Position numbers and translations under genes: made by a program. DNA of 60,272 nt, the filler included. It is 4 parts of 4 records of this genome, joined end to end, with 100 filler letters (N's around TTAATTAATTAA, not from the genome) between each part and the next. Parts side by side here need not be neighbours in the genome. Positions count along the whole stretch, not along the records: positions 29,455 to 53,069 come from DRR723986_10614; 3 more parts are not named here. One strand, given 5' to 3'. The notes beneath the pieces were generated by a model. The model was given only the letters and a program-made list of their open reading frames with translations, had not been told where the DNA came from and did no database searches. Shown in pieces: positions 37,966 through 48,430 of this stretch (its first letter is position 1; every line of letters begins with the position of its first letter).

Positions 37966-38455
37966 CATTTTAATGCTCCGCACCTGATAAAATACAGTGG
38001 CGCCTGCGGCCGAATTTGTATTAAGTACCTTGTTATGCACACGCAACATTAGCTACGCTTTGCTGATGTTGCGTTTTTATTTCGATGAAAAAAAATACTG
38101 ATAAACACTTGACTTGTTTTGGAATTAGTTGTATCTACGCCCAGGCACAAGACGAAAGAAGACGCTCAACAACGATTGTCCTTCGCGTTGTTTAAGTGAG
38201 CGTACAGTCCGATTTCACACGCATTTACGTGACTTACATTCGGTTCAGTTATTAAGCGGCATCGTATTCGATGAGAGAGCTGCGGTCGCCACACACGACC
38301 AATGCGACTTCTGCCCGTGATGTTAGTGTCGGCGAACACCGATCACGAGATCGTTAATTAGATACGTATCAATACCCATGAAGAGTCCTTGCGCGGGACT
38401 CCACAGTTGACCCTTGCCCGAATAGTCGTTTTAACAAATTGTGAAAGGTATTGAA

Positions 38456-38800
38456 GTGAAAAAGCTCACACAAATTTTTGTGCGCGCCATGGGCGTGCTA
38501 TGTCTGATGTTTGTAGTCGTAGTCAGTGCTTACGCGATTTGTAACCCATATACCGGCAACTCAAGTGACCTAACGATAACCGTAGAGCTGTTGCCCGGTG
38601 GTGACTGCGATGATGTAGAACCCATGCTCTTTGACCATTCTGAGGGATCTTCTCAAACGGTTGACCTTGGGTGTAGTTGTACTTCGATTACCGGAATAAA
38701 AATTAATGGTGGAGCATTGTTAACACCAGGCTTCTCTGGTGTACACTCTTCCTGGAACGTAACGGTATCATCTACATCGTATACAATCACAGGTATATGA
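38456..38800 (+). CDS. Small secreted beta-rich protein with four mature-region cysteines
   Basis: GTG start (MKKLTQIF…SAYA signal peptide); mature region ICNP…GDCDD…GCSCT…WNVTV; alternative GTG at 38441. Confidence 0.7.
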   Translation: MKKLTQIFVRAMGVLCLMFVVVVSAYAICNPYTGNSSDLTITVELLPGGDCDDVEPMLFDHSEGSSQTVDLGCSCTSITGIKINGGALLTPGFSGVHSSWNVTVSSTSYTITGI

Positions 38801-38888
38801 CAAAGCTCACATATTTCAGATTGTTTAAACAGGGGGAGTCTATACAGAAAACTACAGATCCATTGAGTAAACAACTCTTGAACTTAAC

Positions 38889-40511
38889 TTAGTTGACTTC
38901 AGGGATGTTATACATCTTGTTTGCCAGACTGCGGGCGACGTTAACACCGTCAAGTGCCGCGGATATAATGCCGCCTGCATAGCCGGCTCCTTCGCCGCAG
39001 GGAAACAGTTGTTTAACAGTAATGTGCTCGCGCGTGTCGTTCCTCCGCGGAATACGCACCGGGGAACTGGTGCGTGACTCTACGCCGACGACAAGTGCTT
39101 CTGAAGTGTTAAAGCCGCGCAAGGTTTGCCCAAAACGTTTAATGGCAGCGCGCAAGCGTTCTGTTATCAGGCCCGGTAACAAGTCATGTATCGGAGCCGA
39201 ATACAAGCCCGGGATGTATGAGCTCGGCGGCAGGTGCCCGGATTGACGGCCTTGTAAAAAATCCGTCAATCCTTGTGCTGGAGCCTGCTGCGAGCCATTT
39301 CCGGCTTTAAACATTGTGCGTTCTATTTCGCGCTGGAATCGCAGGCCGGCCATTTCTCCGTGGCGGGCCAGTTCCGGAAAGTCTTCCAGCTCCAGGGCTA
39401 CTACAATGCCAGAGTTAGCAAATGCAGAATCGCGCCGCGACATCGACATGCCGTTAACAACTATCTCTCCGGGAGCGGTAGCTGCCGGAACGATAAGGCC
39501 TCCAGGGCACATGCAAAAGGAAAAGACTCCGCGTCCGCCTACATGTGTTACCAGCTTATAACTGGCTGCCGGCAGGAACTCTGATCGCGGCCGCTGTTTG
39601 TACTGAATCTCGTCAATCAATGCTTGCGGGTGTTCGATCCGAATCCCGATTCCGAAGGGTTTTGCTTCGATTTCTATACCGCGGCGTTGCAGCAGACTAA
39701 ACATATCACGTGCCGAATGGCCGGTAGCCAAAATGACTGCATCTCCGCGCAGTATTTGGCTGTTGGCAGCAGCTGTGGTTTCGGCTGAATCAGCGCCTGC
39801 GCTCAGGTGTTCTACATGCACGCCCTTGACGGCGCCGTCTTCCAGAATGAAATCATTTACCAGTGCATTAAAGTGTACCTCGCCGCCGTGCGCTTCAATT
39901 GTTTCGCGCAGCTGCTGAACTACTTTAGGCAACTTGTTGGAGCCGATATGCGGATGTGCGTCAATCAGGATATCCTGCTGGGCACCATGTTCTACCAGCA
40001 GTTGCAGAATTCGACCAATATCACCGCGTTTGCGTGAATTAGTGTAAAGTTTACCATCCGAATACGTCCCGGCGCCACCTTCGCCAAAACAATAGTTTGA
40101 GTGTGGATTTACCTGGCCAAACTGCTGAATTGCACGCAGGTCCCGCCTTCGTGCGCGTACGTCCTTACCCCGATCCAAAACAATTGGTTTGATTCCAAAA
40201 CGCAACAACTCCAGCGCCGCAAAGTAGCCCGCAGGCCCTGCGCCAACCACAATGACGCGTTTGTCCGGATCTGCAGACTTGAGTTGGCTGATTTCCGTCG
40301 GGGTGTCGGTCTGGTCCGCTTTGGTGGAGTGCACACGCACCGAGAGCACAACTTTAGGTGAATGTTTGCGCGCATCAATCGAACGGCGCCGGATTTCTAC
40401 CTCGGCAGGTCCGCGCATACTTTTGCCTGCGCGGCGCATCGCCAGATGCCTGACCTTTTGGCTATCTGCCGCGTCTTCTGGTGAAAGTTTTAATACTACG
40501 TCACGTTCCAT
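38889..40511 (-). CDS. NAD(P)/FAD-dependent oxidoreductase (uncharacterised FAD-dependent dehydrogenase family)
   Basis: RRSIDARK, VVGAGPAG, FGEGGAGTYSDGKL, PHIGSN.L, LATGHSARD, FCMCPGG, ESRTSSPVRI, PCGEGAGYAGGI.SAA.DG. Start placed at ATG 40511. Confidence 0.92.
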   Translation of the reverse strand: MERDVVLKLSPEDAADSQKVRHLAMRRAGKSMRGPAEVEIRRRSIDARKHSPKVVLSVRVHSTKADQTDTPTEISQLKSADPDKRVIVVGAGPAGYFAALELLRFGIKPIVLDRGKDVRARRRDLRAIQQFGQVNPHSNYCFGEGGAGTYSDGKLYTNSRKRGDIGRILQLLVEHGAQQDILIDAHPHIGSNKLPKVVQQLRETIEAHGGEVHFNALVNDFILEDGAVKGVHVEHLSAGADSAETTAAANSQILRGDAVILATGHSARDMFSLLQRRGIEIEAKPFGIGIRIEHPQALIDEIQYKQRPRSEFLPAASYKLVTHVGGRGVFSFCMCPGGLIVPAATAPGEIVVNGMSMSRRDSAFANSGIVVALELEDFPELARHGEMAGLRFQREIERTMFKAGNGSQQAPAQGLTDFLQGRQSGHLPPSSYIPGLYSAPIHDLLPGLITERLRAAIKRFGQTLRGFNTSEALVVGVESRTSSPVRIPRRNDTREHITVKQLFPCGEGAGYAGGIISAALDGVNVARSLANKMYNIPEVN

Positions 40512-40542
40512 GCCTAATTCCGCGCTAATGAATATCCGCGCC

Positions 40543-40584
40543 AAAAATACGAACGCCGGAACTTGCAAAGAAGTCCGGCGTTCG
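40543..40584 (-). terminator. Probable intrinsic terminator downstream of pruA
   Basis: 11-bp arms CGAACGCCGGA / TCCGGCGTTCG followed on the minus strand by TATTTTT. Confidence 0.6.
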
Positions 40585-40741
40585 ATTCAGTCATTTATGT
40601 CGAGTCTGTCAGCTGCTGAATCCAGGTCTGAATGCAGGGGAGTGGGATTAAGCCTTTAGATAATCTTTGGGCCCGTCAGACACTCAGAATTCAGCCGGGA
40701 GCAGCGGATTCTCACTGCAGATTCAGCGCCAAACAAAAAAA

Positions 40742-42382
40742 TCATGCTTCGTCAAGGAAAGGGTAACGGTAATCCGTAGCCGGAACCATTGTTTCCTTAA
40801 TTGTACGCGGGGAGATCCAGCGCAGCAGGTTAAACAGCGAACCGGCTTTGTCGTTCGTGCCCGAAAGACGCGAACCACCAAAGGGCTGCTGGCCAACAAC
40901 AGCGCCCGTAGGTTTGTCATTGATGTAATAGTTGCCGGCTGCATGACGCAGACGACGGCCGGCCGATTCAACAACCTGGCGGTCATTGGCGAACAAACCA
41001 CCGGTCAATCCAAATTCAGACGTTGTGTCTACCAGATCGAGAGTTTCTTCAAACTTGTCATCCTCGTAGACATATACGGTCAGGACCGGTCCAAAAATCT
41101 CTTCGGACATTGTGCGGTAGCGCGGGTCCTTAACAACAATTACGGTTGGCTCAATGAAGTAACCCTCCGATTTGTCGTGATTTCCGCCGTGGATGATTTC
41201 CACCGTGCCGTCGGCCGAGTCAGCTTTTGCCTGGTCGATGAATGCACTGATTTTGTCAAATGCGCGCTCATCAATCACGGCATTAACAAAATTGCGGAAG
41301 TCTTCCACGCCACCCATTTTGATCGAATCCAGGTCTTCGACGAGGAAAGTTTTGACGTCGTTCCACAAACTCTGGGGAATATAAGCGCGCGAAGCCGCTG
41401 AACATTTCTGTCCCTGGTATTCGAACGCGCCACGCGTCATTGCCGTTGCAACCTCTTTGGCTTTTGCCGTTGGGTGTGCCACGATAAAGTCTTTGCCACC
41501 GGCTTCGCCAACCAGACGTGGGAAGGTCTTGTAGAGATTGATGTTCTCGCCGACAGTTTTCCACAGGTGACGGAAGGTATCCAGCGAACCTGTGAAGTGC
41601 AGACCTGCAAAGTCAGGGTGTTTAAGTGCGATGTCACTCGTTGCAGGGCCATCGGTAAAGACCATGTTGATGACGCCGTCGGGCAAACCGCACTCGTGCA
41701 GAATTTCCATCATCAGCGAACAGGCGTAATTTGTCTGCGGTGATGGTTTCCAGACGATGGTATTACCCATCAGTGCCGGCGCAATTGCCAGGTTGGCAGC
41801 GATAGATGTAAAGTTAAACGGCGGAATCGCCAGGATAAATCCTTCGAGTGCGCGGTACTCAAGTCTGTTCCACATTCCATCAGGTGAAAACGGCTGCTCC
41901 TGATAGATTTGTGTCATGTATTCAACGTTAAATCGCAGAAAGTCGATAAGTTCACAGACGGCGTCAATTTCCGCCTGATAAACGTTCTTCGATTGGCCAA
42001 GCATTGTGATCGCATTAAACTGTGCGCGATATGGACCTGCCAGCAGGTCAGCTGCACGCAGGAAAATCGCAGCGCGATCCTGCCATGGCATTTCTTCCCA
42101 TGCCGGACGAGCGCGCAGGGCAGCGTCAATCGCCTGCTGAACATGCTCGCCCGTGCCTACATGGTAACGCGCCAGCAGATGTGCGTGTTCATGTGGCGGA
42201 TGCATCGTCTCAAGCACGCCTGTGCGCACTTCCTTACCGTCGATGATCATTGGCAAATCGGCTACGCCTGCACGAATGTCAGAAAGTGCTTGTTTTACGG
42301 CATCTTTCTCAGGTGAACCGGGTTCATATGCCAGGACAGGCTCATTAATAGCAGCGGGGACCACAAAACTTGCGTTGCTCAT
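40742..42382 (-). CDS. pruA: L-glutamate gamma-semialdehyde (1-pyrroline-5-carboxylate) dehydrogenase
   Basis: NEPVL.Y.PGSPE, QAEIDA.CELIDFLRFN, PFNFTSI, HFTGS, GEAGGKDF, AFEYQGQKCSAASR, EEIFGP, INDKPTGAVVGQQPFGG. Confidence 0.96.
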   Translation of the reverse strand: MSNASFVVPAAINEPVLAYEPGSPEKDAVKQALSDIRAGVADLPMIIDGKEVRTGVLETMHPPHEHAHLLARYHVGTGEHVQQAIDAALRARPAWEEMPWQDRAAIFLRAADLLAGPYRAQFNAITMLGQSKNVYQAEIDAVCELIDFLRFNVEYMTQIYQEQPFSPDGMWNRLEYRALEGFILAIPPFNFTSIAANLAIAPALMGNTIVWKPSPQTNYACSLMMEILHECGLPDGVINMVFTDGPATSDIALKHPDFAGLHFTGSLDTFRHLWKTVGENINLYKTFPRLVGEAGGKDFIVAHPTAKAKEVATAMTRGAFEYQGQKCSAASRAYIPQSLWNDVKTFLVEDLDSIKMGGVEDFRNFVNAVIDERAFDKISAFIDQAKADSADGTVEIIHGGNHDKSEGYFIEPTVIVVKDPRYRTMSEEIFGPVLTVYVYEDDKFEETLDLVDTTSEFGLTGGLFANDRQVVESAGRRLRHAAGNYYINDKPTGAVVGQQPFGGSRLSGTNDKAGSLFNLLRWISPRTIKETMVPATDYRYPFLDEA

Positions 42383-42551
42383 AGGAGATTCTGCGAATAG
42401 TGTTTTGGTTCTTATACTTAGAAAATGCGCCGCGCCGCGGCGGCTCCATGCTCATAACTTGAAAACAGCAAAAATATTGCACATGGCATCCATCTACCGC
42501 TCCAACTGTTTCTCACACAAGTCATCGTCTCGCGCACTTCAGTGTTTTAGC

Positions 42552-45266
42552 ATGAAGCCGGGGCAGACCTGGCTCAGGCTGCTCGGGGTTCTGCTGCTCC
42601 TCACAGGTACATCCTGTCTGTTGCCGCTGCAGGCGACTGCCGCCGAAGAACCGCAGACTCCCGCCTGGCAGGCGCGCTTCAATCATTGGCAGGCCCGTCA
42701 GATTTCGAGCGACGGCAGCGGACCCAATCCGCAGGATTATATGCAGGCCTACTACGCCATCCAGAAAATGCGGCGTGGTGCGGACCGGCTGACGATGGAA
42801 GGTGAAGGTTGGTCGCCGATCGGTCCCTACGGTCCGGCACTGCACCTTGATCCCAATCACATCTCGGGCGCCGGGCGCATCAATTGTGTGACGTTTCATC
42901 CAACTGACGTGCAGACATTATGGGTTGGCGTTGGACAGGGAGGCATCTGGCGCAGTAGCGACGGCGGCCAAAACTGGATGCCGCTGGGTGATCAGCTGCC
43001 GATTCTGCGAATTTCCGACATAGCCGTTGATCCGCGTGACACCGATGTCCTCTATGTTTCGCTGGGTGACTATGCCTACCTGGGCGCCGACCTGGAACAT
43101 CAGAATCGCAAGCGGCATACACATTACGGCATGGGCGTTTACAAAAGTAGTGACGGCGGCCTGAGTTGGGCGCCGACGGGCCTGACGTTTGTGACCCAGG
43201 ACCGCGACGGGACGCTGATTCGCCGCGTCCTGATTGATCCGCGCGACTCGCGCCGCCTGACGGCGCTCGGAAGCTCAGGCATTTTCCACTCAACTGATGC
43301 GGGCGAGACCTGGAGCAGCGGCGAACTCGAGAATATCATCTGGGACGTAGAAGTTAATCCGACGGACTCATCCGAGATTTACGTTTCAAGTGGATATCTG
43401 GCCGCTCAAAACATCGGACGCGGCGGGCTCTATAAATCCAATGACTATGGCATGTCATGGCGCAAACTGGAAATCAGTCCCTGGCCCAACGATCGCGCCA
43501 TGCAGCGCATTGAAATTGCCGTGGCTCCCAGCCAACCCAATCGCGTCTATGCGCTGGCCTGTAATTTACAGCGCACATTCTTTGGGCTGATTCGCTCGGA
43601 TGACCGCGGTGAATCCTGGGAAAATGTTGATGTCTCCCCACAAAATATTCTGGGCGGCTCCTCCGGCAGCGGCAACGACAATCGCGGGCAGGGCACATAT
43701 GATCTCTACCTGGAGGTTGATCCACAAAACCACGACTGCATCTACGCCGGCGGGATTAACAGCTGGAAAAGCGCAGACGCCGGACGGACTTTTGAAGCCC
43801 TGTCATACTGGCGTGGCGACTACGGAGCAAGTGTGCATGCCGATCATCACTTTATGGACTACAACCCACTCGATCAGCAATTCTACTTATGCCACGACGG
43901 TGGCCTGGACCGCACTCCGGAATTGATTGCGGGCTCCTGGTTGCAGGCTGTTGAAAATGAAAACTATACCTGGCCCACACAATGGGAAAATCTCTCGCAG
44001 GCAATGGCGATAACGTCTTTCTACCGCCTGGGGGTTAACCCGCTCGATCAGCGTCTGGTGATTGCCGGAGCGCAGGACAACGCTACGTTTATCCGCCGTG
44101 AAAATCTGGATTGGTTTAATGTCTTTGGCGGCGATGGCATGGATTGTCAGTTTGCAGATCGTGGTACGCAGACGATCTTTGGCTCACTGCAGTACGCGCA
44201 GCTGCTCTACTTTTCGCGCGATTTGGGGCTGAATGAGCGCCGTAATTCATCGCGTGTTGATGACCTGAATGATTTTGGTGAATGGGTCTCGCCGCTCAAA
44301 GCCGTTCCCGGAACGGATGATGAGTACATTATCGCCAAGCGCCAGATATACAAATTTAGACTTCAGGGAGAGGGTATCCAGGGAGTGCGCATATCCGAGT
44401 TTGGCAGCCTGGATAGTATTGGATTTACAGCTCCAAGCACCGCATTTGATCTCAGTTATGCGGATCCGGACGTCATGTACGTTGCCAAACGGCTGGACTT
44501 CCTGACCGATCAGCCGATTCAGGTCTTCCGCACGTTGGACGGTGGACAGGTCTGGACAGATGTCTCGGCCGGTCTACCCGAATTTCTGTACGTCACGGAC
44601 ATGGAAGTGCATCCGCGCGACCCCATGATCGCATGGTTAACATTGGGTGGTTATGACAGCGGTCAAAAAGTGTACGAAACGCGTGACGGCGGTGTAAACT
44701 GGGATAATATCTCCGCCAATTTGCCCAACCTGCCTGTTAACTGTGTGGTGCAGGACTCATCCAGCCTGCACAACGACCTCTACGTTGGTGCCGACCTCGG
44801 AATTTATGTGCGCAATGATCAGTTTCCGGAGTGGCGCCTCTACACGGAAAATATTCCAAATGTGATTGTTTCCGACCTGGCCATACATGTTAAAAGCTCC
44901 AAAATTTTTGCCTCAACTTTTGGGCGCGGAATTTGGGAGGCACCACTGGCAGACCTGCGTATTCCCAGTGATATTGCTGAGGATCAGGCTGGCGCGGGGC
45001 AGGGCGCCGGCACTGAAATTTCCGCTCCACGAATCTTTCCAAATCCAGGCAGTCAGTTTAACATTTCGCTGCCGGCGCGTTTTCTGCCAGGTGGGCAAAG
45101 CGATTATCAAATTGTTGACGTCATGGGCCGCCAGGTTCAGGCCGGAATTCTCACAATGCCACGCGCGGAGTTGCGTCTGCAGGCCGGAATATCGCCTGGA
45201 GTCTACTACCTGCGTTTGCAGGGCGGCGCTCAGCAGGCGGCACTGCGATTTGTATTCCAACCTTGA
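42552..45266 (+). CDS. Secreted BNR/Asp-box (VPS10-like) beta-propeller protein with T9SS type A CTD
   Basis: Signal peptide from ATG 42552; W.PIGP, GRIN...FHP, many SxDGGxxW Asp-boxes, HADHH, GAQDN, GGDG, ASTFGRGIW; CTD IFPNP...DVMGR.V...PGVYYLRL. Confidence 0.88.
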   Translation: MKPGQTWLRLLGVLLLLTGTSCLLPLQATAAEEPQTPAWQARFNHWQARQISSDGSGPNPQDYMQAYYAIQKMRRGADRLTMEGEGWSPIGPYGPALHLDPNHISGAGRINCVTFHPTDVQTLWVGVGQGGIWRSSDGGQNWMPLGDQLPILRISDIAVDPRDTDVLYVSLGDYAYLGADLEHQNRKRHTHYGMGVYKSSDGGLSWAPTGLTFVTQDRDGTLIRRVLIDPRDSRRLTALGSSGIFHSTDAGETWSSGELENIIWDVEVNPTDSSEIYVSSGYLAAQNIGRGGLYKSNDYGMSWRKLEISPWPNDRAMQRIEIAVAPSQPNRVYALACNLQRTFFGLIRSDDRGESWENVDVSPQNILGGSSGSGNDNRGQGTYDLYLEVDPQNHDCIYAGGINSWKSADAGRTFEALSYWRGDYGASVHADHHFMDYNPLDQQFYLCHDGGLDRTPELIAGSWLQAVENENYTWPTQWENLSQAMAITSFYRLGVNPLDQRLVIAGAQDNATFIRRENLDWFNVFGGDGMDCQFADRGTQTIFGSLQYAQLLYFSRDLGLNERRNSSRVDDLNDFGEWVSPLKAVPGTDDEYIIAKRQIYKFRLQGEGIQGVRISEFGSLDSIGFTAPSTAFDLSYADPDVMYVAKRLDFLTDQPIQVFRTLDGGQVWTDVSAGLPEFLYVTDMEVHPRDPMIAWLTLGGYDSGQKVYETRDGGVNWDNISANLPNLPVNCVVQDSSSLHNDLYVGADLGIYVRNDQFPEWRLYTENIPNVIVSDLAIHVKSSKIFASTFGRGIWEAPLADLRIPSDIAEDQAGAGQGAGTEISAPRIFPNPGSQFNISLPARFLPGGQSDYQIVDVMGRQVQAGILTMPRAELRLQAGISPGVYYLRLQGGAQQAALRFVFQP

Positions 45267-45317
45267 TGCAGCTTGGCTGCAATCGTCCAAACCTGTTAAC
45301 ATTCTCAGGATCAGCTC

Positions 45318-46325
45318 ATGACCGTTTCGCTGCAATCTCCGCTGGATATGCATATTCATTTTCGTGAAGGTGACATGCTTGAACTGGTAGCGCCGCTCAG
45401 TGCCGACCCCTTTGCCGGTGGAGTCATCATGCCTAACCTTGTGCCACCGGTCGATAATATCACACGTCTGGATTCCTATCGCGCTGAGGTTGATGCAGCT
45501 ATCAAGGGCAGAGGTTTTGAGCCTTACATGACACTCTTTTTCCGCAATTACAGCGCTGCCGAACTGATGGCCGCCAAGGATAAGATCCTTGGAATTAAAC
45601 TATACCCGGTTGGCGTAACTACAAATTCCGAAGCTGGTGTGCGCGGGCTGGATGAAGCCGACGCTACCCTGCAAATGATGCAGGAACTACAGATTCCCTT
45701 GATGGTTCACGGTGAGACTTCGGGATTTGTGATGGATCGTGAACGCGATTTTATCAGCACGTATGACGAACTGGCGCGCCGTTATCCAGGATTGCGCATT
45801 ACGATGGAACATATTACCACGCGCGATGCCGTTGAATTCCTGGACCGCCATCCCAACGTTTTTGCAACGGTCACGCTCCAGCATTTAGTGATTACACTTG
45901 ATGACGTTGCCGGTGGAATGTTGCAGCCGCATTTGTTCTGTAAACCGATTGCAAAACGCCCTGAGGACCGCGATGCCTTGCTGCAGGCGGCACTTAACGC
46001 ACATCCGCGATTGATGTTTGGTAGCGATTCAGCGCCACACCCGCGTTCAAACAAGGAAGCCGCAGGCTGTGCTGCCGGAGTATTTACTGCACCTTTGGCA
46101 TTACAACGTCTGGCCGCACTCTTTGATAAACACGGCGCACTTAACAATTTGCAGGCTTTTATCTCAGACAACGCACAAAATATCTATGGTGTTAAACCAC
46201 CGGCAAAAACTGTAACACTTAAGAAATCCGACTGGATTGTGCCTGATCGCTACGGTGATGTCGTTCCCATGTATGCCGGTCAAACCCTCGAATGGTCGAT
46301 TGATTCAATCTCTCTGGACGCGTAG
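45318..46325 (+). CDS. pyrC: Dihydroorotase, homodimeric (type II)
   Basis: [58 protein letters not shown]. Confidence 0.96.
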   Translation: MTVSLQSPLDMHIHFREGDMLELVAPLSADPFAGGVIMPNLVPPVDNITRLDSYRAEVDAAIKGRGFEPYMTLFFRNYSAAELMAAKDKILGIKLYPVGVTTNSEAGVRGLDEADATLQMMQELQIPLMVHGETSGFVMDRERDFISTYDELARRYPGLRITMEHITTRDAVEFLDRHPNVFATVTLQHLVITLDDVAGGMLQPHLFCKPIAKRPEDRDALLQAALNAHPRLMFGSDSAPHPRSNKEAAGCAAGVFTAPLALQRLAALFDKHGALNNLQAFISDNAQNIYGVKPPAKTVTLKKSDWIVPDRYGDVVPMYAGQTLEWSIDSISLDA

Positions 46326-46558
46326 TTAAACAGACCGTCCTTTAGCCGGAATAATATTATATCCGGCAGGCAATTGATTAACGTACTGATGTATAGCGGG
46401 GCGCAGCAATCGATAAACTTCGGAGCTGCGCTTTGAGCTGCCACTTCGTGTTGCTCAGGCTTGGGGTTTCTTCTTGTTTGTCATACATTCAGCAGTCAGA
46501 ATCCTGCTGTTAACTATTTGAGTGTGGCAGTCGTGCAGCCAGTGACAGGAGCCGGCGC

Positions 46559-48076
46559 TTACTTGCGCTCAAAACGTTTGTACAGCGGACTGTCTTTCAT
46601 GCGCTTTATGCGCTCAGCGTCTATCTTTTTCAATTCCGCAGTGAAGTCACCATCAAACTGCGCAATTACTTCGTTCTGCTCCAATTTGTCCAGGCAGTAA
46701 ATATAATGCACCAGCAGGATTTCGCGCGGTGGCACGTCCGGTCTCTGTGGTGCATTTGTTAAAATTATCCAGAGCAACTCAGCTGCAAAGGCATATTCTC
46801 CAACATCCAATGCGATGTCGGAGTACATAAACAAATCTAGGTAAACGTTTTTGGGGTCTTTAAAGAGGCTGTTAACCTGGTTGCGCCGCGAAATCAGATA
46901 AGCTTCACGGCCGGAATAGACACGTGCCTGCACCGGATAGAGCGCATCGGCAGCAAAGATTTTTTTGACGCTTTTGGCCCAGGCAGCGCTATCGGCCTTG
47001 ATGTCTGCTTCTCCGCCGTTCTTCTCTTTGCGCAGCTCACTTGAAGTGTAAAAGCGCTCGTAGTGAATCCATGCCGAATGCTGTTTGTTGACTCGTGAAA
47101 GTGAGTCAAAAAGCCCCAGAGCTGTTTTATACTCCTTGTTGTCGGTCATGACCATGCCACGCCGCACTTCGTCATTGAGGCTCTTGTAATATTCCGTAAA
47201 ACGCCACGAGAGTTCATTCATCGCATCGCCGGCCACAGTCTTGTCGTTAGAGAAAATGTTCATGACAAAGAGGTGACGATTGGCCCAGTCAAACTTGCCT
47301 TCGGCCGTCAGGCAGAACAGCTTAACAGCCGGAATCAGGAAGTTGGCTGAACGCAGTTGCGTTACTCCACGCCAGTAGTCAGGGTTTGTATTGCAGAGTC
47401 TGTCAACCTGGTAGAAATTCCCGGCAATGGCACCTTTAATGCGTGTGCCCAATTTGTTAAGTCCAAAGAAGGATGAATCGGCGCGTTCCGCAATTTCAGC
47501 CAGCAGCGGCAAGACTTCTTTGCGTGCCCAATCGCGCAGCAACTTGCGTTTGCCGGCAATATCCTGATGCAGAAACTCCAGGCGTTTGCGTTCTTTGGGT
47601 AAAATTATCGGCGGCGTGAATTTTAGCGTGGTATCCTGATTGCCGCCGTTAAGTTCAATATTGAGCAGGACGGAATATTCACTGACACTGGGAGTGGGTG
47701 CCGGAATGGAGTTAAGCAGGGCCTGGGCGAACTGCAATACCGAATCCGGTGCCGCCGGGCGGGCGGCAGCCTGCACACCACCTGGTCCCTGTGGCATAAA
47801 GGTTATCAAAAGGGCAATATCCTGCTGGGTGGGAATCACCCGCATGTATTTCTCAACGGCGTCTTTGAAGTTGCGCAGCCAGTCGACCAGGTCCTTGCGC
47901 TCAAAGTTAATATCCGCTACAAGGTCGCTTTCCAGGAGGGTGACAGCTACAGCGGTTCTATTTGTGTCGGCTTCAGGTGCCTGTGCCCAACTTTGCTGAA
48001 AGCTTGCGGCAAGTACAAAACAAACACCACATAATAATTTCGGCAATAATCGCCGGAGTTTCAGTCCAGTCTGCAT
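46559..48076 (-). CDS. Hypothetical exported protein with helical (TPR-like) C-terminal region
   Basis: Long uninterrupted ORF; signal peptide (…QQSWA) after ATG 48076; no catalytic motif recognised. Confidence 0.7.
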   Translation of the reverse strand: MQTGLKLRRLLPKLLCGVCFVLAASFQQSWAQAPEADTNRTAVAVTLLESDLVADINFERKDLVDWLRNFKDAVEKYMRVIPTQQDIALLITFMPQGPGGVQAAARPAAPDSVLQFAQALLNSIPAPTPSVSEYSVLLNIELNGGNQDTTLKFTPPIILPKERKRLEFLHQDIAGKRKLLRDWARKEVLPLLAEIAERADSSFFGLNKLGTRIKGAIAGNFYQVDRLCNTNPDYWRGVTQLRSANFLIPAVKLFCLTAEGKFDWANRHLFVMNIFSNDKTVAGDAMNELSWRFTEYYKSLNDEVRRGMVMTDNKEYKTALGLFDSLSRVNKQHSAWIHYERFYTSSELRKEKNGGEADIKADSAAWAKSVKKIFAADALYPVQARVYSGREAYLISRRNQVNSLFKDPKNVYLDLFMYSDIALDVGEYAFAAELLWIILTNAPQRPDVPPREILLVHYIYCLDKLEQNEVIAQFDGDFTAELKKIDAERIKRMKDSPLYKRFERK

Positions 48077-48430
48077 GGAGTTTCCTGGTTCACGCACGCT
48101 TATCCGTATTAATGCGCGCCAATATGCATGGCAGGCTGCGGAGTTCCAAATTGAAGGGCGCGTCAAATCGCACAATTTGGCGCAGAAATCAAGATTTGGG
48201 GCATCTATGTTCGAATGCGTAACAAATTCGGCAAGATGTATTCACTGATTGGCACTTTCAGTCTATTACGCTGAGCAATTGAGTAAGAACTACAAATTCA
48301 GTATAAAAAGGTTGGAAATCCAAATTAGAGCCTGAAGTTGGCCGTTTTGGTGTCAGTGATTCACAACGTAACTTGGCTAAGATGGTGCACAAAGGCCCGT
48401 TTCCAAGGTATATCTTTCCAGTACATTTAC

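Noticed and set aside
42222-42551. N-terminal extension of the 1014-aa ORF
   Set aside because: Overlaps pruA antisense; the signal peptide begins at ATG 42552.
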